Source: Candidatus Obscuribacterales bacterium (GTDB taxonomy: Bacteria; Cyanobacteriota; Vampirovibrionia; Obscuribacterales; Obscuribacteraceae). Taken from it: DNA of 64,000 nt. Shown here piece after piece: positions 28,132 through 38,790 of this stretch (within the stretch, counting starts at the first letter, position 1; every line of letters begins with the position of its first letter). Location of the stretch: assembly GCA_965228855.1 (NCBI GenBank), contig CBDDIJ010000005.1, forward strand, positions 1,312,001 to 1,376,000. The letters are read 5' to 3'. A model generated the notes under the pieces. It was not told where the DNA came from. It searched no databases and worked only from the letters and a program-made list of their open reading frames with translations. The position numbers were made by a program, and so were the translations under genes.

Positions 28132-29106
28132 ATGGGTCACAAACACGAAACAATAGTCAAACCGTTTTCTGACGTTCACAACAAAAATGGCACCGTGCTC
28201 GCTACCTTACTGCACGATCCGACCGTAGAAGGGCTTGATGTCGCCCTCTACATGGACGGTTCGGCCAGCATGGAAAACGAATACGGTCCTCGAGGAATAC
28301 TCGCAAAAATTGGAGGCGTCCGAAATCAGGTCGAACCCCAGATGCAGTGGATGCTCGAATACCTCGCCACCAAAGACAAAGACGGTGTCTTGCGCGTCGT
28401 ATATTGGGCTACCGGCGACGGCTCGCAAATTGAAGTGGTCGGCGATTTAACCGGAACCGATGCAAAAAACTACAAGTTTCCAGGTCCCCAGTATTACGGG
28501 AAGGGAACAGTAATGCTGCCGGTTTTGCGCGATTACGTTCAATACATTCGCACGCAGCAAGAAAAGGGAGCTCAACGCGGACTCGCCGTTATCATCACGG
28601 ACAGCCAGATTTACGATGCCAAAGATGTGAGAGCCTATTCGCAACAGGTGGCTAAGGAAATTGAAGGCGGCCGACTCCCTAAACTCAACTTCGTACTCGT
28701 TGGTGTTGGTGAGCACGTTGACGAGGAGCAGATGGAGCAAATCTGCCACGAAGAGTACCCTGGAATCGGGCACCTCTGGTGCCACCGCATTGCGGACCGA
28801 ATGGAGGAGATGGCAGAATTGGTAGCGGTTCTGGTGGATGAAACCATGACCGTCGCTCAGGGCGGCACCATATATGATGACAAAGGGAATGTGATCAAGC
28901 GCTATGAAACTCGACTGCCGGCAGTTCTTGAGTTCAATGTGCCGCCCGGTTGTACAGCGTTCACGCTGGAGATCGCCGGTCAGAAATTCACTCAACCGAT
29001 TCCAGACGAGGATCACCATGACGACGATGATGATGATGATGATGACGATCACCATCAAATGAATCAGCCGCAGCGGAAATCGGGGGGTCATGGACACGGT
29101 CACTAG
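28132..29106 (+). CDS. vWA (MIDAS) domain protein, paralog 2, with poly-Asp/His tail
   Basis: DGSASM...T...ITDS; ICHEEYPGIGHLWCHR; tail DEDHHDDDDDDDDDDHH...GGHGHGH. Confidence 0.88.
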   Translation: MGHKHETIVKPFSDVHNKNGTVLATLLHDPTVEGLDVALYMDGSASMENEYGPRGILAKIGGVRNQVEPQMQWMLEYLATKDKDGVLRVVYWATGDGSQIEVVGDLTGTDAKNYKFPGPQYYGKGTVMLPVLRDYVQYIRTQQEKGAQRGLAVIITDSQIYDAKDVRAYSQQVAKEIEGGRLPKLNFVLVGVGEHVDEEQMEQICHEEYPGIGHLWCHRIADRMEEMAELVAVLVDETMTVAQGGTIYDDKGNVIKRYETRLPAVLEFNVPPGCTAFTLEIAGQKFTQPIPDEDHHDDDDDDDDDDHHQMNQPQRKSGGHGHGH

Positions 29107-29149
29107 TGCGACATAATCGGTGTCGGTGAGCGAGTCAACGAGGAAGGAC

Positions 29150-32100
29150 ATGGCTAAGCACGAGCACGGACCGGACTGTAAGCATGAGCACACTCATGAT
29201 TCCGGATGCAATCACGAACACGGTCAGGAGGCAGTTGCTCATGAAGATGAGATATCTGCCCACGCGCATAGCTCGAATTGTGAACACGATCACGAGCATG
29301 GAGAAAAGCATGAGCATGGTCCCGACTGCCATCACGAACACGAACATGAACCCGAGATGATTCGAGTTCATGTGTGTTTAAAACCAGACTGCACTCACGA
29401 TGATGAAGGCGCCGACGGTAACCAACACAGTGCAGACCATGTTCACGGTCCGGACTGCAAGCACGAACACGAACACGAACACGAAGAGAAAGTTCATGTT
29501 CACGGTCCGGGTTGCAAACACGATCACGAACACGAAGAGAAGGTTCATGTCCATGGTCCGGGCTGCAAGCACGATCACGACCACGAAGAGAAGGCTCATT
29601 TACACGGTCCGGGCTGCAAGCACGATCACGAACACGAACACGAAGAGAAGGTTCATGTCCATGGTCCGGGCTGCAAGCATGATCACGACCACGAAGAGAA
29701 GGCTCATGTACACGGTCCGGGCTGCCAGCATGATCACGAACACGAAGAGAAGGCTCATGTCCACGGTCCGGGCTGCAAGCACGATCACGACCACGAAGAG
29801 AAGGTTCATGTCCACGGTCCGGACTGCAAGCATGATCACGACCACGATGAGAAGGCTCATGTCCATGGTCCGGGCTGCAAGCATGATCACGAACACGAAG
29901 ACAAGGTTCATGTCCATGGTCCGGGCTGCAAGCATGATCACGAACACGATGAGAAGGCTCACGTCCACGGTCCAGGATGCTCGCACGGGCACGAGCACGA
30001 GCATGGACACGACCATAATCATGGACACAGTTGCGGGCACGATCACGACCACGATCACGAGCACGGGCACGGATGCGGCGGTCACCACCATCACGTCAAA
30101 GTAGACCCGGACAAACGACGAAAAGAAGCAAAGCTGCAGCAGCGTCCCTCTGAGCAAGGCGGAACCGCCTGCCAGCTTGAACTCGATATTGTAATTCCAG
30201 GCGAAACCGATGAATTTGGAAGGTTCGAACAGCTGGAGCGCGCGCTCGAAGCTCTAGTCGGCGTGGGCGATGTGCATGTTCGACGAGATAGCAACGTGCC
30301 TGAAGTCTGCATACACTATGATGAGACCAAAATTTCACTGGACACACTGCGCGACGCCGTCAACTCCGTTGGACAGGAGGTCAGCAAACGTTATTTGCAA
30401 GGGACCTGGTTCGTCCGCAACATGGACTCCGCGCAATGCGGTTATTTGATCGAACACTCTCTTATGCGGATGAAAGGCGTCCTCACCGCAAACATGGCGT
30501 ACGCGGCGGAGCGACTTGTCATCGAGTATGACCGAGAATTGACCAGCCCGAAAGAGATCGACAAGCGCGTAAAAGCCCTCGGTTATGAACTCGAAGAGCC
30601 CGAGAAGGGTCACGCCTGCTCGTTTCACGCGCACGGAGGCGGACTGGCGCCGAAATTGCAGATGCCTCTTTCGATTGCAGGTGGCATCCTACTTGCAGCT
30701 GGTTTCGTGTATCAACGATTCATTAATCCGTCCGATCAAGTGGTGGGTCAAGCGGCCTTCGGTCTAGCAATGTTATGCGCTGGAATTTTCCCGGCAAAAG
30801 CAGCATTCAACTCTGTTCGCGCGGGAATTGCCGATATTGAGACACTGATGGTACTTGCCGCAGTGGGAGCCGGCTGCCTCGGAGCCTTTTTCGAAGGCGC
30901 GTTTCTGCTTTTCCTCTTCAGCCTCGGCCATGCGCTCGAACACAGGGCAATGGACCAAGCTCGCCATGCAGTCGAAGAGCTTGGCAAACTTCGACCATCA
31001 AAAGCACTTGTAAAACACGGCAACGAAATCTCAGAACAAGACGTTCAAACGGTTCAACGGGGAGATATTGTCATAGTCCGTCCCGGCGACCGCGTTCCGA
31101 TGGACGGTGTAATTCTGGTCGGCAACTCACTTCTCGATCAGGCGACGATAACAGGTGAGTCGGTACCTGTTGCGAAAGGTCCCGGCGAAGATGTTTTTGC
31201 GGGCACCATCAATACCGATGGTTCGCTCGAAATCGAAGTAAAAAAGCTCTCTTCAGAATCCATGCTGGCGAAAATCGTCGATATGGTGTCCGAGGCGGAA
31301 GCGCAAAAAGGAGCTTCCCAGAAATTCGCGCAGAAGATCGAGCGATTATTCGTCCCCATCACGCTGGTCGGTGCAGTAGCACTGACACTATTCCTACTCC
31401 TGGTAGGTCATGAATCGCTCACCGCCTCCGTGTTAAGAGGTATCTCGCTCCTGGTAGCGGCTTCGCCCTGCGCGCTCGCGATCGCGACTCCGGCTGCGGT
31501 ATTGTCGGCGGTGGCACGAGCAGCTAAGGGTGGAGTGCTGATCAAAGGCGGCGTGCATTTGGAAACCTTGGGCAAAGTGGATGCCATCGCGTTCGACAAA
31601 ACCGGCACGCTTACCATAGGGAAGCCGAGCGTAGTCGAAATCAAACCGGAAGATGGAGTGACAATAGACGAACTCATGGCGGCCGCAGCCAGTGCCGAAT
31701 CTCACTCGTCTCATCCACTGGCCGTTGCGATAGTCGAGAGAGCGAAATCGAACAACGTCAAAATTGTAAACCCAGAGAAAAGCGAGGCCGTTCATGGTCA
31801 AGGAATCAAGGCTTCAGCACAAGGAAGAGAAATTTGGGCGGGTAGTTCCAGCTTGTTCACAAACATTCCGCAGAGCGTAATGTCCAGCGCCACGCAACTG
31901 GAAGAGAACGGTAAGACTGTGGTCATAGTCAAAGAGAATGAACGGTTCCTCGGAACCATCGGGATCGCCGATACAGTGCGTAGTGAGACACCGCGCGTCC
32001 TAAAAGAGCTCAAGGCGCTTGGTATCGCCCGCAGTGTCATGCTTTCAGGTGACAATCAGACTGTAGCCAGAGCAATTGCCAATCAAATAGGTATAGACGA

Positions 32101-32521
32101 AGCCCGAGCGCCTCTAATGCCAGATGCCAAAGCTAAAATGCTGCGCAGCCTCGCTAATGAAGGCGGAGTTGCGATGGTGGGCGACGGCGTTAATGACGCA
32201 CCTGCGCTGGCCGCGGCTTCGGTTGGCATAGCTATGGGCGGTACCGGCTCAGACGTGGCGCTGGAGACTGCGGACTTAATCCTCATGAGCAAAGGACTCG
32301 AGCAACTGCCATTTGCGGTCGAGCTGGCGCGCGAAGCCACGCGAAAGATCAACCAGAATCTTTCCATCGCACTTGGAGTGAGTGGTTTACTGGTCCTCGC
32401 GACTATCTGTGGTTGGGTACAGATCAGTCAGGCTGTCATTCTGCATGAGGGAAGCACCCTGGTCGTACTCTTCAACGGATTGAGCCTCATTAGATTTCGC
32501 GGTCGCTCATCAGTTGCCTGA
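29150..32521 (+). CDS. Heavy-metal P1B-type ATPase (P1B-4/CzcP-like) with 315-aa His/Cys-rich N-terminal arm
   Basis: [22 protein letters not shown] and HEGST motifs; two ferredoxin-like N-terminal domains; start at ATG 29150 after GAGGAAGGA. Confidence 0.93.
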   Translation: MAKHEHGPDCKHEHTHDSGCNHEHGQEAVAHEDEISAHAHSSNCEHDHEHGEKHEHGPDCHHEHEHEPEMIRVHVCLKPDCTHDDEGADGNQHSADHVHGPDCKHEHEHEHEEKVHVHGPGCKHDHEHEEKVHVHGPGCKHDHDHEEKAHLHGPGCKHDHEHEHEEKVHVHGPGCKHDHDHEEKAHVHGPGCQHDHEHEEKAHVHGPGCKHDHDHEEKVHVHGPDCKHDHDHDEKAHVHGPGCKHDHEHEDKVHVHGPGCKHDHEHDEKAHVHGPGCSHGHEHEHGHDHNHGHSCGHDHDHDHEHGHGCGGHHHHVKVDPDKRRKEAKLQQRPSEQGGTACQLELDIVIPGETDEFGRFEQLERALEALVGVGDVHVRRDSNVPEVCIHYDETKISLDTLRDAVNSVGQEVSKRYLQGTWFVRNMDSAQCGYLIEHSLMRMKGVLTANMAYAAERLVIEYDRELTSPKEIDKRVKALGYELEEPEKGHACSFHAHGGGLAPKLQMPLSIAGGILLAAGFVYQRFINPSDQVVGQAAFGLAMLCAGIFPAKAAFNSVRAGIADIETLMVLAAVGAGCLGAFFEGAFLLFLFSLGHALEHRAMDQARHAVEELGKLRPSKALVKHGNEISEQDVQTVQRGDIVIVRPGDRVPMDGVILVGNSLLDQATITGESVPVAKGPGEDVFAGTINTDGSLEIEVKKLSSESMLAKIVDMVSEAEAQKGASQKFAQKIERLFVPITLVGAVALTLFLLLVGHESLTASVLRGISLLVAASPCALAIATPAAVLSAVARAAKGGVLIKGGVHLETLGKVDAIAFDKTGTLTIGKPSVVEIKPEDGVTIDELMAAAASAESHSSHPLAVAIVERAKSNNVKIVNPEKSEAVHGQGIKASAQGREIWAGSSSLFTNIPQSVMSSATQLEENGKTVVIVKENERFLGTIGIADTVRSETPRVLKELKALGIARSVMLSGDNQTVARAIANQIGIDEARAPLMPDAKAKMLRSLANEGGVAMVGDGVNDAPALAAASVGIAMGGTGSDVALETADLILMSKGLEQLPFAVELAREATRKINQNLSIALGVSGLLVLATICGWVQISQAVILHEGSTLVVLFNGLSLIRFRGRSSVA
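29438..29980 (+). repeat. Coding tandem repeat, 51/57-bp unit, [11 protein letters not shown](E/D)HEEK(V/A)
   Basis: 10 full units plus an 11th partial unit; synonymous variation between units. Confidence 0.97.
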
Positions 32522-32683
32522 AACCGAGTGAAACTGCCGCAACCACTTCGTCGGCAAGCCGAATGCGCACCTTCACCGCATGCAAGTGTTAAGAAATAAT
32601 CGCCGATCAGCAGCCTGTACGAGTGGCTCAAAAATTCTTTGGGAATAAAAACAGTTCCCTTTATTGATTGTGAGGCGCGCCGT

Positions 32684-35077
32684 ATGACTCAAACGCCATA
32701 CAAGCAACGTAATCGCACGGGCGAGAACTTCAAGAAGAAACACAAACTAAAAGAGCACGATGAATCAATTCATCTTGTGGCAGAAACGGATACAGAACCA
32801 CAGGAGCTTTCCGAGCGAGAGCGGCCCGATATCGCCGCTCGATACGATGTCATAGATCTCATTGGCAAAGGCGGAATGGGTGCAGTCTACAAAGTTTACG
32901 ACAAGGAATTGGACAAAATTTTTGCTGTCAAACTCATGCAACAAGATCTGGCAAAGGACCAAGTTGCACAGAAGCGTTTCGAACAAGAAGTTGAAGCCTC
33001 CTGCCAGTTGACTCACCAGAATTTGATCGCAACCTATGGTCATGGCAAGACAGCGGACGGTGCACCGTATCTGGTGATGGAGTACGTACCGGGCGAAGCG
33101 CTATCGGATCTTCTCATCCGTGAAGGACCGTTAGAAGCAGCTCGAGCTCTCCGTTTGTGGACACAGATTTCTGAAGCGCTCGAACATGCCCACAAAAATG
33201 GTGTCATTCACAGAGATCTTAAACCAACTAATGTTATTATCTCCAGGGCAAGCGACGGTTCAGAAACCGCTCGACTTCTGGATTTCGGCATCGCAAAAAT
33301 TATTACCGCTACGAGCCGTGAAACCCATAATCTCACCGAGACCGGGACAGTATTTGGCAGTCCACAGTACATGAGCCCGGAGCACTGCCTGGGTTTCAAG
33401 ATGGATGAGCGGTCGGATATTTATTCGCTGGGTTGCATGGCCTACGAAATGCTGACTGGTCGCACTCCGTTTTCGGATAGCAACGCTGTTCAAGTCATTG
33501 TCAAACACATCAACGAAGAGGCATTGCCGTTTAACACGGAAAAGAAACTCGATCGAACGGCGAAGAAATTGGAAAGCGTCACGTTGAAGTGCTTGGAAAA
33601 AGACCCTGAAAGACGATATCAATCGGTCGGCGAAATAATCAAAGATCTCGAGCTAATCAGCCAGGGCAAGCAACCATCCAAGTTCATACGCCATAAAAAA
33701 CCGCGAGCCGAATTTAGCAGAGGACAAATTTTCGGTTTCGTCGCGGGTGCATCGCTGCTGGTTATGGCGATCTGGCAATACTCAAGCATGTTCGATCCGC
33801 ACTGGCAGCGACTCCTCATTTCAAGCTCCATCTTTCTTGTCTGCGCCACTGGAAGTGTAGCGTTTCTAATCGCCGCCATCGATCAAATCAAACACATCAT
33901 TTCCGGAAATAGATCGAGCCAGATCTGGTGGAGAGCGGCGCTTTCCATTTCGCTCACAATTAGTTGCTGGGCATTTCTCAACAACGCAATTACAATGCTT
34001 TCAAACTGGGACCCACTGCTCTCAATATTTACGGCAATGCACGCGCCCGAGTGGCTAACAACAGCCGCGACCTGGCTTCCATTCATCAACAAGGTGGCAT
34101 TCGGATCTGCATTGATTTCCGCTATCGGTTGCCTCTTATTCCGTGGCACCAAAAGAATTCCCTTTTTCGAGTTCTGTTTTCAGCACGTTGTCCTCACCAC
34201 CGTTGTCCTGATGCTCGTGTGCTCCTCGGTGCCAAAACAAACCAGCGGCATGCTCAATCTCATCACAGGTGGTGTCATGGAAGAGCGAGCACCAGCGCTA
34301 AACGAGAACCTGTTGAAGTTCTCTCTGCTCTTGGATCCGCGCAATCAGCGCTCAGTCATCAATCTCGCGGACGCTTACGTAAAGCGGGGACAACGAGCTC
34401 AAGCTGATCTTGTCTACGAAAAATATTTCATCAGAGAACCTCTCAAAAACAAGGCGGCATGGGCGCGATACGAGCATGCTCTGACCTACGCGGATGAGAT
34501 GGATAGCCAGTTGAAATTTCAAGAATTGACCACCGCGATTAGACTGGCTCCGCGTCGCGAATACTACGAAGCGCGAGGAGTGATCAACTGGGATCGCGGT
34601 CTGTATAAAGACGCCCTCTGGGACTTCTTCAGCGCCACCAGATGCGAGCCAGGCGCAATCGGTCCCTACTGCAAACGCGCTCTTGTCTTCGGAGCCGTCT
34701 ACGACTGGAGTGCTGCGCTTGGCGAATTAAACAGAATCGCATCCTCGCAAGCAACAAACCAACATCCGGAAATTTACTTTCTGCGCGGGCTCGTTTACGA
34801 AAAGCTTGGAGACCCGGAAGCCCGCAAAGACTTCCAACGTGTTATCGCGTTGTCCGCAACCGACGATCAATATGATGGTTTCTACAACGCAGACAAACTT
34901 ATTCGGCTTGCATATTGCTATAAGAAGATCGGCGAGATCGCCAACTACGAAAAAACATTCGAAGAGCTGGTGAAATCGCCTGATTACAAAACCGCGACAG
35001 AAAGATTGAACACTGATTTGAAACGCGCCAATCTCACACTCGAGTGGAAGCGTTCGGCCACGGCAGGCGATGACTAA
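32684..35077 (+). CDS. Ser/Thr (Hanks) kinase with multi-pass TM region and C-terminal TPRs
   Basis: IGKGGMGAVYK, AVK, HRDLKPTN, DFG, GSPQYMSPE, DIYSLG; about 5 hydrophobic segments; TPR repeats. Confidence 0.92.
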   Translation: MTQTPYKQRNRTGENFKKKHKLKEHDESIHLVAETDTEPQELSERERPDIAARYDVIDLIGKGGMGAVYKVYDKELDKIFAVKLMQQDLAKDQVAQKRFEQEVEASCQLTHQNLIATYGHGKTADGAPYLVMEYVPGEALSDLLIREGPLEAARALRLWTQISEALEHAHKNGVIHRDLKPTNVIISRASDGSETARLLDFGIAKIITATSRETHNLTETGTVFGSPQYMSPEHCLGFKMDERSDIYSLGCMAYEMLTGRTPFSDSNAVQVIVKHINEEALPFNTEKKLDRTAKKLESVTLKCLEKDPERRYQSVGEIIKDLELISQGKQPSKFIRHKKPRAEFSRGQIFGFVAGASLLVMAIWQYSSMFDPHWQRLLISSSIFLVCATGSVAFLIAAIDQIKHIISGNRSSQIWWRAALSISLTISCWAFLNNAITMLSNWDPLLSIFTAMHAPEWLTTAATWLPFINKVAFGSALISAIGCLLFRGTKRIPFFEFCFQHVVLTTVVLMLVCSSVPKQTSGMLNLITGGVMEERAPALNENLLKFSLLLDPRNQRSVINLADAYVKRGQRAQADLVYEKYFIREPLKNKAAWARYEHALTYADEMDSQLKFQELTTAIRLAPRREYYEARGVINWDRGLYKDALWDFFSATRCEPGAIGPYCKRALVFGAVYDWSAALGELNRIASSQATNQHPEIYFLRGLVYEKLGDPEARKDFQRVIALSATDDQYDGFYNADKLIRLAYCYKKIGEIANYEKTFEELVKSPDYKTATERLNTDLKRANLTLEWKRSATAGDD

Positions 35078-37560
35078 ATCAACCTTCGCTTGCCACGCCT
35101 TTCTCTAATCGTCGAGAACAAGACAACGATTATAGCGGCCAGCGCGAGACCACAACCGAAGAAGAACGGCACGGGTCGATAATTGAACTCGACCGTATGC
35201 TTACCTGGTGGCAAACAGACGGCGCGAAAGGAATAGTTCGCTCTGGCGATCGTCACAGCTCGTCCGTCAATACTGGCTTCCCATCCCGGATACCATATGT
35301 CGGTCAATACCAGCATTGCCGGCACGCTCGACTCGGTCAAAATAGAGACGTTCAAGCTCGAGCGATTAGAGATGATTGCATTTCCGGCTATGCCGGTCGG
35401 AGCTGGTCTCATTCCTGACTTTGCAATCGCAGCAAATTCAATATCAAACTTGGACCGGTCTTCCGGCCGAATTTGGAGAACTAGTTGATTCGCCGGCTCG
35501 AAACTGCTGACCGAAACCGCGTTAAGAGCCTCATCATCGGAATCGACAAGTCGAATAGAATTGACAATGTAAGCGTCCGGAACCGCGTCCACGTTCTCAT
35601 AAATATGCATGCCTTCCGATGTCTCGGCAATTCGTTTGAACCTCTTTCCTGTGATATCACGCGTGGAGTCATCGAAAATTTCCTCTGGCTCATCGAGCGG
35701 AACATCGGTTGTGATGATGTATGCAACGCTTGCCGCATCCAGCATCTTGGAGGGTTTATTCGAGATTACCTGATTGAACTCATCTAGCGTTGCTCCGGCT
35801 TTCTCCAGAAAACGTATATAGTATTTCGGAAAGATCGGATTGTGAAAACGAGCATCGCGAAGGCTGTACACCAAGTTCGTATTTGGCCGCATCGTATGCT
35901 CGCCGGTAAATACCATTCTTCTGTCAGGCAGTGACTGAAGGCGTTCAATTGTTTCGGTGTGCGGATATGCGAATGCCGGTCGCCGAGGCATTGAGCCTTT
36001 GGAGAGAGCGACCTGGGAGAAACAGTTCACACCGAGTAAAAGCAACACCGCAACTAACGCGCCTGTAAAGCGCAACTTTGCGCGATTCACAACCATGATG
36101 ATCAAGAACACGACTCCAGCCAGAATTGCGTTTCTTACAAAATCTCGGTTGGCTAGCTGCATTCCGCTCAACGTCATATCGAAATTCGCGACATCCAGAT
36201 TTAAATGACCGCCTTGTGCGACTAGTGGGAAGCCGACAATTAGAACAAGCGAAATCAACATCAACAGCCACTCGTGGCTTAAGTGTCTATAGCGACCAGC
36301 CGGAACGATGCGGTCACCTTCGGGCAGAGCTCGCGCCATGTTGGAGACAAGGCGCTCCAAGCCGAACGCCGCAAAAGCGGTAACAAGAACCAGTAGCACC
36401 GGAAAGAAGTAAGTAACGACGACATATGAAAACGGTCTCTTCGTAAGGAGGATGCCCAATGGATAAATCTTGGCTGAAATCGCCCAGGCAAAAGCTGCCA
36501 GACCTGCTGTTACCGCGCTTGCCTTGAGTGCCCAGGCATCTCGTTCCTGAATCTGGACCTTTGAAGACAGAGTGCTCCAGGCATCATATATAGTGGCAAC
36601 ACCAAGCGGAAATACCAGAGTGGTCAGCAAACCTAGATACGGACTGGCAGCGCCAAAACCAGGTTGAACAAAGTTAAAGGCTAGAGTTTGCCAGGGATAA
36701 TAGGCTGGTGCTCTATTGGCAAATTTATACGAATCCGAATTGATAAGCAACTCTACGAAAGGCAACAGCATGGGCGCAGAGAGGCAGAGGGCAATTGTTC
36801 CAGCAATGCAGAGTAAAAGAGCCCCCCGCAACACTCTGTCGGGCGGCATCATAATTAATAGCAGTAACGAGGCGATTGTTATACTGCACAAAGAAAGCTC
36901 CGGATGCGCCGAGAGAACAAAAATCGACGACGCAACTCCCGCGATTAGAGAGCTCTGCACCGTTTGCTTTCTTGCGCAGTTGAGGAAGGCGGCTAGCAGC
37001 AGCGGCAGAAGGCAATAACCGTTCCCCAACAATTCGAGATACCATTGCTCGAATGGGCAGCAAAGCAGGGTAACACCGATAAACACAGACGGCACGCGAG
37101 ACAAGCCGAGGCTTCGGCCGAGAATGAATCCACCGACTGCCATCACTGCCAATTCGAAAACGAGAAGATAATTGTAAGTCAAGATAGTCGGATGGATTGC
37201 CAGCGGCAAATGCAAAATTGATAAAGCCAATGCCTGCGGGTCGGCTACCAGAGGCGCCCCAAAGCCACTTTCCGAGTTCCATAGCGGCAATTCACCGCCA
37301 TGCCATATCCGCCCAACAAGCAAATAATAAGGCACCATCAGCAGTATCTGAGAGGGGTCCATCAACTGCGACTTTCCAGTCGCAAAATTCTTAAAAATCG
37401 AGTCCCATTCAGCTATTACATGGATCTTCGAGATTGGCGCACCCAGAAATACGGTCTTGGCAAAAAGAGCAATTACGAGTCCTACTAAGCCTAGACATAT
37501 GAAGAAGTCGAGTCGTGAGTTCTTGCGTTCACCAATCTCCAGGATGGGTTCTTCCGACAA
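35074..37560 (-). CDS. YfhO-family GT-C membrane glycosyltransferase
   Basis: LPLWNSESGFGAPLVADPQ; many TMs; C-terminal LVLTDIWYPGWEASIDG...ANYSFRAVCLPPGKHTVEFNYRP plus TM. Confidence 0.88.
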   Translation of the reverse strand: MSEEPILEIGERKNSRLDFFICLGLVGLVIALFAKTVFLGAPISKIHVIAEWDSIFKNFATGKSQLMDPSQILLMVPYYLLVGRIWHGGELPLWNSESGFGAPLVADPQALALSILHLPLAIHPTILTYNYLLVFELAVMAVGGFILGRSLGLSRVPSVFIGVTLLCCPFEQWYLELLGNGYCLLPLLLAAFLNCARKQTVQSSLIAGVASSIFVLSAHPELSLCSITIASLLLLIMMPPDRVLRGALLLCIAGTIALCLSAPMLLPFVELLINSDSYKFANRAPAYYPWQTLAFNFVQPGFGAASPYLGLLTTLVFPLGVATIYDAWSTLSSKVQIQERDAWALKASAVTAGLAAFAWAISAKIYPLGILLTKRPFSYVVVTYFFPVLLVLVTAFAAFGLERLVSNMARALPEGDRIVPAGRYRHLSHEWLLMLISLVLIVGFPLVAQGGHLNLDVANFDMTLSGMQLANRDFVRNAILAGVVFLIIMVVNRAKLRFTGALVAVLLLLGVNCFSQVALSKGSMPRRPAFAYPHTETIERLQSLPDRRMVFTGEHTMRPNTNLVYSLRDARFHNPIFPKYYIRFLEKAGATLDEFNQVISNKPSKMLDAASVAYIITTDVPLDEPEEIFDDSTRDITGKRFKRIAETSEGMHIYENVDAVPDAYIVNSIRLVDSDDEALNAVSVSSFEPANQLVLQIRPEDRSKFDIEFAAIAKSGMRPAPTGIAGNAIISNRSSLNVSILTESSVPAMLVLTDIWYPGWEASIDGRAVTIARANYSFRAVCLPPGKHTVEFNYRPVPFFFGCGLALAAIIVVLFSTIRERRGKRRLI

Positions 37561-37581
37561 TTTCGGTTTACCCTCCAGCGG

Positions 37582-38790
37582 CTATTGTGGCGCAGTCCAG
37601 CCAAAAGTGTCTAAGGTTTCTTCAACAGTCATATTGTTTTCGAGACAATACGCCATCACGATTGTGGCTTGCTCCAGCTTGAGTAAATCGTGGTCAAGAT
37701 AATTCTTCAAATGTGTCGCATGCTCTAAAACTTGCTCGTCGATTAATCGCGCGTCGAACAAAGTCTTCATGAGCGGCACCTTGTTGGCCAGCGCCAGTGC
37801 AGTCGCAATTTGCAAATCCTTATCGGATATCAATCCTGCCTTTTTCAAAATGTCAGTTATCTCTATCGGCTGGCGCTCCTCGAAAATCGCACCTGGATCT
37901 TCGTCGATCAGAGAAAGAACTCGTTGGAGCTCTTCGTTAGATGAGGCATATTGTACCTTTGAGATTATTTGGGCAGCCTGATCCTCGAAAAGCACACCGC
38001 TCTCGATCATTTTCAGGATGTGCTTAGCAGCTTTTATACACGGTTTTGAGGCATAACCAAGTTCGACAAAAACCTCATCCAGTTCCTTATCGTGAGTTGC
38101 TTCTATTTCATGCGCAGTCAGCAATTGACTCTCGGACACCGCGCCTGCCATGACAAAAAGCTCACCAATACCGAATTTAGGAGCAAGGTTCGCAAATTGT
38201 CCTGTCTCCTTCAATGATTGCTCAAGAGAGATTGAGCGCAATCGCGCCAGCTTCAAAGCATACAAAACCGCATCTCTCTCGACCTTTCCTTCGCGGATGA
38301 GCCGTTGAGCAGCCAGAGCAGAGTTCAAGGATGCACGCGTGATAACACCTTTATTCAACAGCACCAGACCAAGTGGTAAGCCGGTCTCAGCGCTCGTCAC
38401 CATCCCCTGATCGACGAGCGGCTGCGATGCGATCCCTGCCGAAGTCAAAATTTCGCCGAGGCGATTGTGAGTTGGCACCTGAGTAGGCATCGCAACCGGA
38501 CCGGATCTGTTGAGTGCTGTTTCAAGCGGCAGGCCTTCTTGTGACACCATCAGCAGTGCAGTGATCGCATGCTCAAACGGTATCAGACCATCACGGATAC
38601 GAGCCTGAATCTCCAGCGCAGCGCGCAGCTGATCTTCGGTTACGTGACCGTGCATCGTCAACACACGTCCAATCGGCAACCTCATCTTGAATGACAGGCG
38701 GTAAGCCGCCTCAAACTGCTCGGGACCGAGCAATCCGCCTCGAATCAATAATTCGCCTAACTGAATGTCGGCTGGCGCTTCTTGCGTCAT
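37582..38790 (-). CDS. Protein made of four MshEN-like (GSPII_N) domains
   Basis: QLGELLIRGGLL...PIGRVL..HGHVTEDQLRAALEIQ; RLGEILTSAGI...PLGLVLLNKGVITRASLNSALAAQ; two further degenerate copies. Confidence 0.82.
   Translation of the reverse strand: MTQEAPADIQLGELLIRGGLLGPEQFEAAYRLSFKMRLPIGRVLTMHGHVTEDQLRAALEIQARIRDGLIPFEHAITALLMVSQEGLPLETALNRSGPVAMPTQVPTHNRLGEILTSAGIASQPLVDQGMVTSAETGLPLGLVLLNKGVITRASLNSALAAQRLIREGKVERDAVLYALKLARLRSISLEQSLKETGQFANLAPKFGIGELFVMAGAVSESQLLTAHEIEATHDKELDEVFVELGYASKPCIKAAKHILKMIESGVLFEDQAAQIISKVQYASSNEELQRVLSLIDEDPGAIFEERQPIEITDILKKAGLISDKDLQIATALALANKVPLMKTLFDARLIDEQVLEHATHLKNYLDHDLLKLEQATIVMAYCLENNMTVEETLDTFGWTAPQ

Noticed and set aside
28447..29193. 248-aa antisense ORF with a poly-Ile tract
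   Set aside because: Reverse complement of the (GAY)n poly-Asp tail of vWA paralog 2.
29378..30157. Long alternative-frame and antisense ORFs (234 aa +, 185 aa -) over the repeat; repeat considered as a possible CRISPR array
   Set aside because: They are shadows of the in-frame His-rich coding repeat. Units are contiguous with no unique spacers, and there are no cas genes.
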